The translations under genes were made by a program, and so were the position numbers. Shown one piece after another: positions 8,652 through 16,546 of a stretch of 21,819 nucleotides of DNA (position 1 is the stretch's first letter; every line of letters begins with the position of its first letter). Origin of the DNA: Candidatus Hermodarchaeota archaeon (GTDB taxonomy: Archaea; Asgardarchaeota; Thorarchaeia; Thorarchaeales; Thorarchaeaceae); contig JBHLLF010000043.1 of assembly GCA_048885865.1 (NCBI GenBank), forward strand, positions 1 through 21,819, given 5' to 3'. The notes below the pieces were generated by a model, which was not told the origin of the DNA, did no database searches, and saw nothing but the letters and a program-made list of their open reading frames with translations.

Positions 8652-9917
8652 ATGGAGTCTCTAGAAAAAGCAGGACTGGCAGTCAATTACAATAGGGTCG
8701 AAGGTACAAAACCTGAAAGCCTTCCGAAAGAAGTGTTCATGTGGGATGAGACTCTCCGTGATGGAGAACAGACCCCGGGCGTGGCGCTTACTCTTGATGA
8801 GAAAATCGAGATAGCCAAGATGCTGGATGAGATAGGAACCTCCATTGTAGTTGTGGGTTTCCCAGCTGTCAGTGAACACGAGAAAGAGATTGTCGCCGCT
8901 ATTGCGAAAGAAGGCCTCGACAATGCTGTTGTGGGCGCTCCAGCACGTGCAGTCATCTCTGATATCGATGCATGCATTGAAGGCGGCGTGAAAGAGGTGC
9001 CGATTTTCATTGCGACCTCTGACTTCAGGCTGAAGTATCAGCTTCAAATGACAAGAGATGAGATGCTCAACCGACTAACGAAGTGCATCCAGTATGCAAA
9101 AGATCACGGATTGATTGTGGATTACATTGCAGAGGACAGCACAAGGAGCAACATGGATTTTCTCTGCCAGGCATATAAGACAGCCATAGACGCTGGAGCT
9201 GACAAAATCTGCGTGGCAGACACTGTAGGCTTTGTCAGACCGGAGGTAATGCGCCACATTATGAGGGAGATCAAGAAGGCCCTCTGGAAAAAGAGCAGAT
9301 ACAAGGTTCCGATTGCAGTGCACTGTCATGATGATTTTGGACTTGCCAATGCAAACACATTAGCTGCTGTAGAGGAAGGTGCCACTTATCCGCATGTTTG
9401 TGTGAACGGTTACGGAGAGCGTGCTGGAAATGCAGCCTTTGAAGAGGTCGTCATGGCTTTAGAACAGCTTTATGGAGTAAAGACAGGCATTGAAACCGAG
9501 AAGCTCTATCGCCTAAGCAAGCTTGTTGAGAGAAACTTCGCAATCCCATTACCACTACACAAATCAATCACTGGCCACAATGCATTTACCCATTCAAGCG
9601 GAATCCACTCCCATGGCCAATTGACTCACTCAATGACCTATGAACCAATTAGCCCACTCATCGTGGGACGTCGACGTGAATTTCATCTTGGTAAGTTCGT
9701 AGGTAGACATTTTGTGGAATATCTTCTCAAGATGGGAGGGGTGAGAGCAACTCAAGAGCAAACCCGAGAGATTGCCGACCGCATCAAGAAAACTCACGAG
9801 GCAACCAAGAAGAGTCAGTCCAAGGACTCCTTTGACAGAATAAAAAGGGAGCTCAGAGACTTACGGACCGGGGTGTCTGAGCGTGAGTTTTGGGCAATTG
9901 TGTTTGATGTCATCTAA
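8652..9917 (+). CDS. LeuA-family DRE-TIM synthase (2-isopropylmalate/homocitrate/citramalate synthase), short form
   Basis: DETLRDGEQTPG, HCHDDFG, GERAGNA and HSSGIH motifs. At 421 aa it appears to lack the C-terminal LeuA allosteric domain, so substrate cannot be assigned. Confidence 0.93.
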   Translation: MESLEKAGLAVNYNRVEGTKPESLPKEVFMWDETLRDGEQTPGVALTLDEKIEIAKMLDEIGTSIVVVGFPAVSEHEKEIVAAIAKEGLDNAVVGAPARAVISDIDACIEGGVKEVPIFIATSDFRLKYQLQMTRDEMLNRLTKCIQYAKDHGLIVDYIAEDSTRSNMDFLCQAYKTAIDAGADKICVADTVGFVRPEVMRHIMREIKKALWKKSRYKVPIAVHCHDDFGLANANTLAAVEEGATYPHVCVNGYGERAGNAAFEEVVMALEQLYGVKTGIETEKLYRLSKLVERNFAIPLPLHKSITGHNAFTHSSGIHSHGQLTHSMTYEPISPLIVGRRREFHLGKFVGRHFVEYLLKMGGVRATQEQTREIADRIKKTHEATKKSQSKDSFDRIKRELRDLRTGVSEREFWAIVFDVI

Positions 9918-10608
9918 GACTCTTGGCTGCTCTCCATCGAAGAATGACTCCAAGGTCCATTGCAAACACACCAATTAGAAAACCAATACCAAGAACCAAG
10001 AGGAACTCGAGTGGCGGCCACCAAGTTTGGAAGAACCACCAGTACAAGACTTCCTCGATTAGAAACACTGTGGCAACGCCCAAAGAGATGTAGATTCCTG
10101 TTGTAAATGCAAATTTCGCTTGGTTTGATCTCTTGGTCAGAGGTCCTGGCTGTATTGCCTTCTCCTTGTCGTTTATCCCGACGAAGTTTCCAGACCTCAG
10201 CTGATCAATAACGAATTGTTCCAAGCGGCTCGAATTGATCTTGGCGGCTTCTGCGGTAATATACGTCCCCCTCAGATACTTTAGCGCAGACCCACCGCTA
10301 AGTAGCGTTAGCACAAGTATCACAGCGAAGAATACCACCACTTGCCAGAACACGAATATCATCAAAACAGCACCAATGACAGTTATTAGGCAAAGCAAAT
10401 CGGTGATTGCTCCAGAGGCTTCAACACCTCCCTGAAACATGAGACCGATTCGACGCAGTGCCGCGACGTTGACCCAAGTCTGATACATATCAACATCCTC
10501 GGATTCTACAAGGTGCTCCTTGACCGATGACTCCACATCTTCCTTCTTCCCGCCGTGTACAGTGATGTTCACGGTGTAAGCATCTGCTTCAGATTGTGGC
10601 GAACTCAA
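9910..10608 (-). CDS. Hypothetical membrane protein (about 4 TM segments)
   Basis: Two hydrophobic hairpins. Start is TTG 10608 or GTG 10623. The stop overlaps the convergent LeuA-family gene by 8 nt. Confidence 0.72.
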   Translation of the reverse strand: MSSPQSEADAYTVNITVHGGKKEDVESSVKEHLVESEDVDMYQTWVNVAALRRIGLMFQGGVEASGAITDLLCLITVIGAVLMIFVFWQVVVFFAVILVLTLLSGGSALKYLRGTYITAEAAKINSSRLEQFVIDQLRSGNFVGINDKEKAIQPGPLTKRSNQAKFAFTTGIYISLGVATVFLIEEVLYWWFFQTWWPPLEFLLVLGIGFLIGVFAMDLGVILRWRAAKSLR

Positions 10609-10727
10609 ATGATTTCCCCTCACGCGGATGTATAGGTTAGTGTCCTTTCATTTAACGCTTGTCATCCTCTGCTTGCTTTACACGCTAGACCGAATTCCTT
10701 TTCCGAGAACACCTCCAGAAGTGCATT

Positions 10728-11447
10728 ATGCCCGACATCTTTGGAATGATAATGGATGATGCAGCATCCGGACAAGAAGCAAAGCATGTGATTGAAAGAG
10801 ACGATGGTTACGCCCATGAGAGTTTCGGCAGTCAATATACTGCGCCGTTCTCTGAATGGAATGAGAGTGAGCGACTGGCCAGCGCTGAGGTAAAAGGCAA
10901 GATTCTCGACATTGGCTGTGGAGCTGGCCGCGTAGCTCACTACTTCCAAGAGATGGGACATGATGTTGTTGGGATTGACATCTCTCAGGCGGCTGTCGAT
11001 GCGTCTCGCAGAAGAGGATTAAGGGAGGTTTATCTCATGTCTGCTGAGAATCTTGATTTCCCCAATGACACATTTGACACCGTTATTTTGTTTGGGAATA
11101 ACTTCGGAGTGCTTGGTGATGATGAAAAGATTGTGGCGATGCTTAGGGACCTACATCGAATAACAAAGCCTGATGCCGTGGTACTAGCGCAGACAAGAGA
11201 TGTTACAGACACGGACAAACTAGAGCACCTCGCGTATCATGAGAAGAACAGATCTAAAGGAAGTCCAATCGGGCTAGTTAAGATACGACTCAAGTACAAA
11301 GGCCACGTGGGAGATTGGTGGCTTCTTCGAATGGTCAATACTGAAGAGATGTCAGTGATGGCTGAGAGAGCAGGATGGAAACTCGTCAAGACCTATGGTC
11401 CAAGAAATCTATATGTTGGGGTCCTCCGCAAGGCAGAAACATCCTAA
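10728..11447 (+). CDS. Class I SAM-dependent methyltransferase
   Basis: ILDIGCGAG motif I, VVGIDIS, and FDTVILFGNNFG. Confidence 0.92.
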   Translation: MPDIFGMIMDDAASGQEAKHVIERDDGYAHESFGSQYTAPFSEWNESERLASAEVKGKILDIGCGAGRVAHYFQEMGHDVVGIDISQAAVDASRRRGLREVYLMSAENLDFPNDTFDTVILFGNNFGVLGDDEKIVAMLRDLHRITKPDAVVLAQTRDVTDTDKLEHLAYHEKNRSKGSPIGLVKIRLKYKGHVGDWWLLRMVNTEEMSVMAERAGWKLVKTYGPRNLYVGVLRKAETS

Positions 11448-11542
11448 ATGAATTGTCGCTCCTCGCAATCTGGTCACATCAGGCCAATACTTTTAGAGCT
11501 CTGATTGTCATTTGTAGGACAAGAAAGTCAAGAGGTTGAAAG

Positions 11543-11923
11543 ATGCCGAAAGTTGATCTCCGCTATTACTGCTATGTTTGTGGACATCCAGTGGACTTAA
11601 GCCCGGTGGCTCCCGCCGCTCCGAATTTTAGCCATGTCGAAGTGAAGTGCAAGAACTGCGGGGATGGCACTCACTTGATGCTGACAACCTGTCCAGAATG
11701 CAAGAAGGGGGTCAAGTATATCCTCTCAGACTTCGATTTTCCAGAGGAGGTTCAAAGACTCTCAGGAGCATATGTCAAACTCATAGGGGGAATAAGGAAC
11801 AGCCTCAAGGAAGTTGTCGATGAATTCAATGTGCCTCTTCCAAAACGATGGTCTGCTAAGTTCAATTGCGAATGCGGAGCTGCCTACCAGACAGAGATTC
11901 TACTTCCGCAACTTGAGGACTAG
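11543..11923 (+). CDS. Small Cys-rich zinc-binding protein
   Basis: CYVC, CKNC, CPEC and CEC pairs; GAGGT RBS upstream. Confidence 0.8.
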   Translation: MPKVDLRYYCYVCGHPVDLSPVAPAAPNFSHVEVKCKNCGDGTHLMLTTCPECKKGVKYILSDFDFPEEVQRLSGAYVKLIGGIRNSLKEVVDEFNVPLPKRWSAKFNCECGAAYQTEILLPQLED

Positions 11924-11947
11924 ACTCGAATCTGGTTGTGACTCCGG

Positions 11948-12727
11948 ATGAAGCCACGAGCCAGAGACCATGCGAAGGCAAAAGTAGCTTCGAAGATGTT
12001 TGGAAGAATGAGTCAAGACGAGAGGATTGTGAGAGGTGTTCTGGGTGTACGAGCTACTGATGTTCCAGACCGCCTTCTTGTGGTTGCAACGGAGAACTTC
12101 AGCAAGGGAGCGACTTCACGTCTTAAGAACGTGAAAGTAAAGGGTAGACTAGCGACAGGAAAATACAGCGATACAACTATAGGGGTACTAGATACAGGGA
12201 TTGGATCACCTGCTGCAATCATATTTTTGGAGGCTACTGCAAAGACAAATCCGCAGGTATTCATTCGAGCAGACTTTTGCGGAGGCCTGTCAAGTGACCA
12301 TGATATTGGTCACGCGTTCATTGCTGATTCAGTTCTTGTAGGAGATGGCGCCGGGTCAGCATATTTTGGAGCTGGAAAGAAGATAGCTGCAGACTCCACT
12401 CTCACGAAGGATGTTTACGCTATATCTACGAATTCAGGTTTGCCAACCCACAGAGGTACAATGTGGACAACAGATGTCCTCTTGAGGCAGACGGAGGAAC
12501 TTCTCCAGGAATGGGTAGGAAAGGGAGCTCACGCAGTAGATATGGAAACATCCGCAATTCTTGGAATAGCCTCAGAAAACAAGATACCTGCTGCGTCAAT
12601 TAACTGCATATCAGATTTGCAGCTTCACAGAAAGCCACTCTTCGGACCAGAAATAGACCCTATGCTCCTAAGAGGGATCGATTTGGTGATCGATGCAGCG
12701 ATTCAAGCCTTGGTTGAGTGGAAATAG
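11948..12727 (+). CDS. Nucleoside phosphorylase family protein (PNP_UDP_1)
   Basis: GIGSPAA, IRADFCGGL, GTMWTTD, AVDMETSA and CISD motifs. Confidence 0.85.
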   Translation: MKPRARDHAKAKVASKMFGRMSQDERIVRGVLGVRATDVPDRLLVVATENFSKGATSRLKNVKVKGRLATGKYSDTTIGVLDTGIGSPAAIIFLEATAKTNPQVFIRADFCGGLSSDHDIGHAFIADSVLVGDGAGSAYFGAGKKIAADSTLTKDVYAISTNSGLPTHRGTMWTTDVLLRQTEELLQEWVGKGAHAVDMETSAILGIASENKIPAASINCISDLQLHRKPLFGPEIDPMLLRGIDLVIDAAIQALVEWK

Positions 12728-12764
12728 GCACTTGCTCAAGAACGACTCACATTCCAGGTTGGTA

Positions 12765-13238
12765 TCACTCTTGGGGCAGTTGTGAAGGAGTCGCAATTGA
12801 TTGGGCTACAACAATTTCGAAATCTAGATGAACAGGGCATTTCATTGAGTTAGCTACAAGGCAATATGTATGAGCTCTTTGAGCGGCTTTCTCCATCCTT
12901 TTACGATCTCGCTCTGTTGGGACAATAATCTTCGCGAACATGGTTATCTGGTCGAATTCCCATCCAGACTCACCCTTGGCCAGAGTTGCTTCACTCTTGA
13001 CTGAGAAGTCAGAGAACTCAGCATGGAATCGTTTTGCGACGCCGGAGAGACTAACACCGTAGCATGATACGGCGGAGGCTAGGAAGAGATCCTCAGGTGA
13101 AATGATTTCCTTTGGCGATTCAGGCCAGAAGTCAGGCGGCGTAGCTACCTCGAAAGCCGGTTTGCCTTCAATCTCGATAGTGACAATCTTCTCGCGAACC
13201 CAATTGCTGTCAAGCTCATATCGATGTTCTTCTGTCAT
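12765..13238 (-). CDS. OsmC/Ohr family protein
   Basis: SPEDLFLASAVSC and HTYCLVANSMK carry the two conserved Cys; ATPPDF motif. Confidence 0.9.
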   Translation of the reverse strand: MTEEHRYELDSNWVREKIVTIEIEGKPAFEVATPPDFWPESPKEIISPEDLFLASAVSCYGVSLSGVAKRFHAEFSDFSVKSEATLAKGESGWEFDQITMFAKIIVPTERDRKRMEKAAQRAHTYCLVANSMKCPVHLDFEIVVAQSIATPSQLPQE

Positions 13239-13358
13239 TGAGTGAACCTCGATGTGGTCGGAAAGAGACTCACTTTATAGGATTGCGATTTGACCGTTAT
13301 TGTATACATCATTTTCAGCCTCTAATGGGCGCCAGCTCACAATTTCTGAGAGTAGGGC

Positions 13359-13364
13359 TTATTA
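13359..13364 (+). promoter_or_regulatory. TATA-like box for the putative sRNA
   Basis: TTATTA ends 22 nt before the first paired base of the RNA helix. The same TTATTAG occurs upstream of the PadR gene (16499-16505). Confidence 0.5.
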
Positions 13365-13385
13365 GGATGTAGTGCAGTACACAAC

Positions 13386-13510
13386 ATGTGTGGTGAGCAG
13401 GCGGCTAACAGGGCCTATATTCTGTAACATGCCCTCATAACTCCCCCCCTCCTACCAGTGGCCTTCTCTTCGGAAAAGGCCTAAGCCTTGTTGGCTCTGG
13501 TCATCACACA
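13386..13510 (+). ncRNA. Putative structured small RNA of unknown family (about 125 nt)
   Basis: 13387-13414 pairs with 13485-13510 (10+3+12 bp, one G.G mismatch, a 2-nt bulge, four G.U pairs). Internal hairpin GGCCUUCUC-UUCG-GAAAAGGCC at 13460-13481. C-rich linker. No credible ORF. Confidence 0.7.
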
Positions 13511-13534
13511 ACCTCTACTTGTTCCAACAAGCAG

Positions 13535-14434
13535 TCAGTCGCTGTCTGCTTTCCTCTTTAGCTGCCGGAGCGCTTCTCTGATATCAGCATCGCTGACCTC
13601 TTTTTCTTCAAGGGTGAATCTCTCTGTTCCTAGAGCACTGGCTGATGCGGGTGCTTTCGTTACTGCCCGCTTCCTCAAACCACGGCCCCTCATCTTTGTA
13701 GCTAGCTCAGCAACCCTCTCATCAGTAAGCTCTTCCTCTGACGGAAAGTCCTGTATAGCAGAAATACCCATCTCTCTCATTATGGCTTGTTGAATCGCAA
13801 TCTTGTCAATCTCTTCGATAGCAACACCAGTTATGATCTGTACAAGGTTTTCCGCCTCGTCTAGGGGAAAGAACTTTCCCTCTGATGCCGCAGCAATCTT
13901 CTTCCAAACCATCACAGCATTGTTGTATCTGGAAATCTCAGGAAAACAGCCCACAGTATGCACTATGATACCTTCATAGTAAGCGTTCATCGCCTCTTCT
14001 TCCCAGTGAACTCCACTTGGAGGACCATCCGGCCATCTATCACCAGGCTCAACCCCATGCGGAGGAGCATCACCGACCAAGACTATGACTTTCGCGGCCT
14101 CTCCATTCCATTCAAGATTGATTGCATCCCTAAGCCCATCGTCAACTGCTTCGGGACCATCGCCTCCACCGTGAGCCGACATGCTCCTGACGTTGCGTTC
14201 AATTGCTGCAGTATCGTCAGTAAGGTGAAACTTCTTTGTGACGAATGTTCTCTCCTCTGGCGGATGGTCTCGATAAGGAACCAAGCCCAGTCTCAAACTG
14301 TGACATAACTCCTCCTTCTTTATCGTTCGAATTATCTCAAGGATCTTCCTCTTTGCCACATCTATGTATGGCCCCATAGAGCCCGTATTGTCCACGACGA
14401 AGACCAAGTCTAATTGCCCTAATTTCTCTGACAT
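13535..14434 (-). CDS. von Willebrand factor A (vWA) domain protein, vwkA-like subtype
   Basis: MIDAS DNTGS, YRDHPP, GGGDGPEAV and GDAPPHG motifs, with a charged helical C-terminus. Start is 14434, 14440 or 14443. Confidence 0.9.
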   Translation of the reverse strand: MSEKLGQLDLVFVVDNTGSMGPYIDVAKRKILEIIRTIKKEELCHSLRLGLVPYRDHPPEERTFVTKKFHLTDDTAAIERNVRSMSAHGGGDGPEAVDDGLRDAINLEWNGEAAKVIVLVGDAPPHGVEPGDRWPDGPPSGVHWEEEAMNAYYEGIIVHTVGCFPEISRYNNAVMVWKKIAAASEGKFFPLDEAENLVQIITGVAIEEIDKIAIQQAIMREMGISAIQDFPSEEELTDERVAELATKMRGRGLRKRAVTKAPASASALGTERFTLEEKEVSDADIREALRQLKRKADSD

Positions 14435-14565
14435 ACCCATCACACCATAACGTAATGCGGATTGATAGATATGTCCCTATAAGTTACAAGGTTTTCAGGT
14501 TTGTCCTACTACTTATCAGAGGGTTATGCAACTTCGCTTTTGAAGGAGTCAGGAGAGGCATTACC

Positions 14566-15252
14566 ATGGATATCATTCAAGCGAAGAAGTATCAGGATCT
14601 AATCATTGTTCACGTTCTGTTCATGGTCTTATGCGTTGTAGTTTTGGTTATCCCAGGGGTGGTCATCGGAGGGAAGCTGTTTGTATTAGTCGCAGCCTAC
14701 AATGTGTTTATTCCTGCTGTAGGCTTTCTGAGAAATCACAGAGATTGGCTGCTGCCATGGGGGTATGCCTTTGTCCTGAGTCTTTTCCAGGTCTTCCCGG
14801 ACTGGTTCCTAGCAACGCAACTTGAAACCATTATCTTCCCAGATGATGGGTTCTTCATGATTGGGCCTGTGTCAGGATACATGGCGGGTTTGTGGGCAAT
14901 TCCACTCTTCGTCATTCTCTATATAGGCCTCGAGGTGAAGAAAGAAAAATCACACAGGTCAGCATATCTTGTTGTAGCAGCCCTCACGTTGCTGATATTC
15001 GGTTTAGCTGAGGAAACTATGTGGATGCTTCCCTCATGGTCTGCCCAGAATGTTGCTATGATGGGGCACATTGCAGTCTACATCATTATTCCCGAGATTC
15101 TACTCGGACTCTCCACGCTAATATCCTATGAACTCGTCCAGGCCCGACCGATCTGGATATGGATAATTGGCGCATTCACAGTTATGATTCTGTACATGGG
15201 AAATATCTCATTCTTTTACCTTCTAATAGAACGCATTTTGCCAGGAGCCTAG
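14566..15252 (+). CDS. Integral membrane protein (DUF6989-like)
   Basis: About 7 TM segments; FPDWFL...FPDDG...YMAGLWAIP signature. ATG 14566 follows AGGAGAGG. Confidence 0.7.
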   Translation: MDIIQAKKYQDLIIVHVLFMVLCVVVLVIPGVVIGGKLFVLVAAYNVFIPAVGFLRNHRDWLLPWGYAFVLSLFQVFPDWFLATQLETIIFPDDGFFMIGPVSGYMAGLWAIPLFVILYIGLEVKKEKSHRSAYLVVAALTLLIFGLAEETMWMLPSWSAQNVAMMGHIAVYIIIPEILLGLSTLISYELVQARPIWIWIIGAFTVMILYMGNISFFYLLIERILPGA

Positions 15253-15330
15253 CTAATTGAGCAAGAATCGCCCAAAACGCGTAACTTCTAAAGCACAATG
15301 TAGAGATAGGCGTAGCAAAGAGGGATGCAT

Positions 15331-16110
15331 ATGGAACTGCCTGAAGGCTTGCTCATAGAGGACTTTGAAGGACCAAGAGAAAAGATTGTGACTTTCATTA
15401 GGGAGTACTTCAAACAGGCTGGTGTTTCCTGTTTAGTAATGGGACTCAGTGGCGGCATCGACTCTAGTCTTGTAGCCACCCTCGCATGCCAAGCCGTGGG
15501 GCCAGATAAAATAAGAGTTCTACTCATGCCAGTCGATGCCAAGAAAGATGCAAGAAATGTCAAAGATGCATCAGACCTTGCTGAAGCGTTGGGAATCTCC
15601 TACGATCTATTCGAGATAGGCCCAGCGGTCAAAGCATATGACTCTTTGAATCTTGGCAAGGTCGCGCGAGGCAATTTGATGGCAAGACTCAGGATGGCTG
15701 CCTGGTATGGAGTAGCCAACAATCACAACGGGCTCGTGCTTGGAACAGGCAACAAGAGTGAGATAATGATTGGGTACTTCACAAAATACGGCGATGGAGG
15801 AGTTGACATACTGCCGATAGCTGAGCTCTACAAGGTGAATGTTTGGGGCTTGGCAAAGCATATTGGTGTGCCCGAACACCTCTGTGAGAAGATACCGTCT
15901 GCTGGACTCTGGGCAAATCAAACTGATGAGGGAGAGATAGGGGTTACCTATCCTGAACTGGATAGCATCCTATATCAGAGGTTCGAGATGGGCATGGAAC
16001 CTAGTGCAATTATTTCCGCTGGACATTCCGAGAGGAATGTCAATAGAATCCTTAGCCTTGTGGCTGCCTCGCAGCACAAACGTGCTCCATTACCCAAAGC
16101 AATTCTCTAG
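15331..16110 (+). CDS. nadE: NH3-dependent NAD+ synthetase
   Basis: SGGIDS, GNLMARLRM, GTGNKSE, GYFTKYGDG, PSAGLW...QTDE and SQHKR motifs; no glutaminase domain. Start is 15325 or 15331. Confidence 0.96.
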   Translation: MELPEGLLIEDFEGPREKIVTFIREYFKQAGVSCLVMGLSGGIDSSLVATLACQAVGPDKIRVLLMPVDAKKDARNVKDASDLAEALGISYDLFEIGPAVKAYDSLNLGKVARGNLMARLRMAAWYGVANNHNGLVLGTGNKSEIMIGYFTKYGDGGVDILPIAELYKVNVWGLAKHIGVPEHLCEKIPSAGLWANQTDEGEIGVTYPELDSILYQRFEMGMEPSAIISAGHSERNVNRILSLVAASQHKRAPLPKAIL

Positions 16111-16390
16111 TGCTTTCGAAGTCTAAGCATCTGTGGAGTTTCATTAGGGATTCGCTCAATGAAACCTCTAGCTTCCAAATCGAGCTTCACGTTGTGTAGT
16201 ACCAACTGATAGAGCCATCGAATGAACCCTTAAGCTTGCTTCTAACTACTTTTCCTAATTCCCTGAATCCAATGGATTCAACTACTTGAAGTGATTCTAT
16301 AATTGCAGATTTCATTCGGTCATACTTTGCTCTTTCGATATTCACACCACTCTTTCCAGTAGGATGGAGAGTAAGAATTCTATCGTTCAT
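16107..16390 (-). pseudogene. DUF6958-like small protein with a single-base frameshift (pseudogene or sequence error)
   Basis: MNDRILTLHPTGKSGVNI...FDGSISWYYTT stops at TGA 16189-16187. The -1 frame continues VKLDLEARGFIERIPNETPQMLRLRKH to TAG 16109-16107. Confidence 0.8.
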
Positions 16391-16475
16391 TTTTAATTGG
16401 TCCATGATTTGCTCATGAATCCACCAATACTCTGAAAAGTACTAGCAAAGGGGAATCCAAACCAAACATTAGGGA

Positions 16476-16494
16476 ATGTTTCATATTGAAACAT
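16476..16494. promoter_or_regulatory. Perfect palindrome, candidate operator of the PadR-family regulator
   Basis: ATGTTTCA-TAT-TGAAACAT, 4 nt upstream of the TATA-like TTATTA (16499-16504). Confidence 0.65.
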
Positions 16495-16546
16495 GCAATT
16501 ATTAGTACGCGCCATAATGTAACATGCAAGCGGAGGACTATCTGAA

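Noticed and set aside
13386-13427. Leaderless 13-codon ORF (MCGEQAANRAYIL) and other mini-ORFs within the sRNA
   Set aside because: Very short, start buried in the helix, and no protein-like signal; RNA structure explains the sequence better.
13386-13513. The sRNA as tRNA, 5S rRNA, SRP RNA or an H/ACA guide
   Set aside because: No cloverleaf or T-loop, no 5S or SRP conserved motifs. A terminal ACA exists (13508-13510), but there is no open pseudouridylation pocket or K-turn.
16187-16189. TGA as a selenocysteine codon
   Set aside because: In-frame read-through (SSIWKLEVSL...) is not family-like, the -1 frame gives the expected C-terminus, and I see no SECIS nearby.
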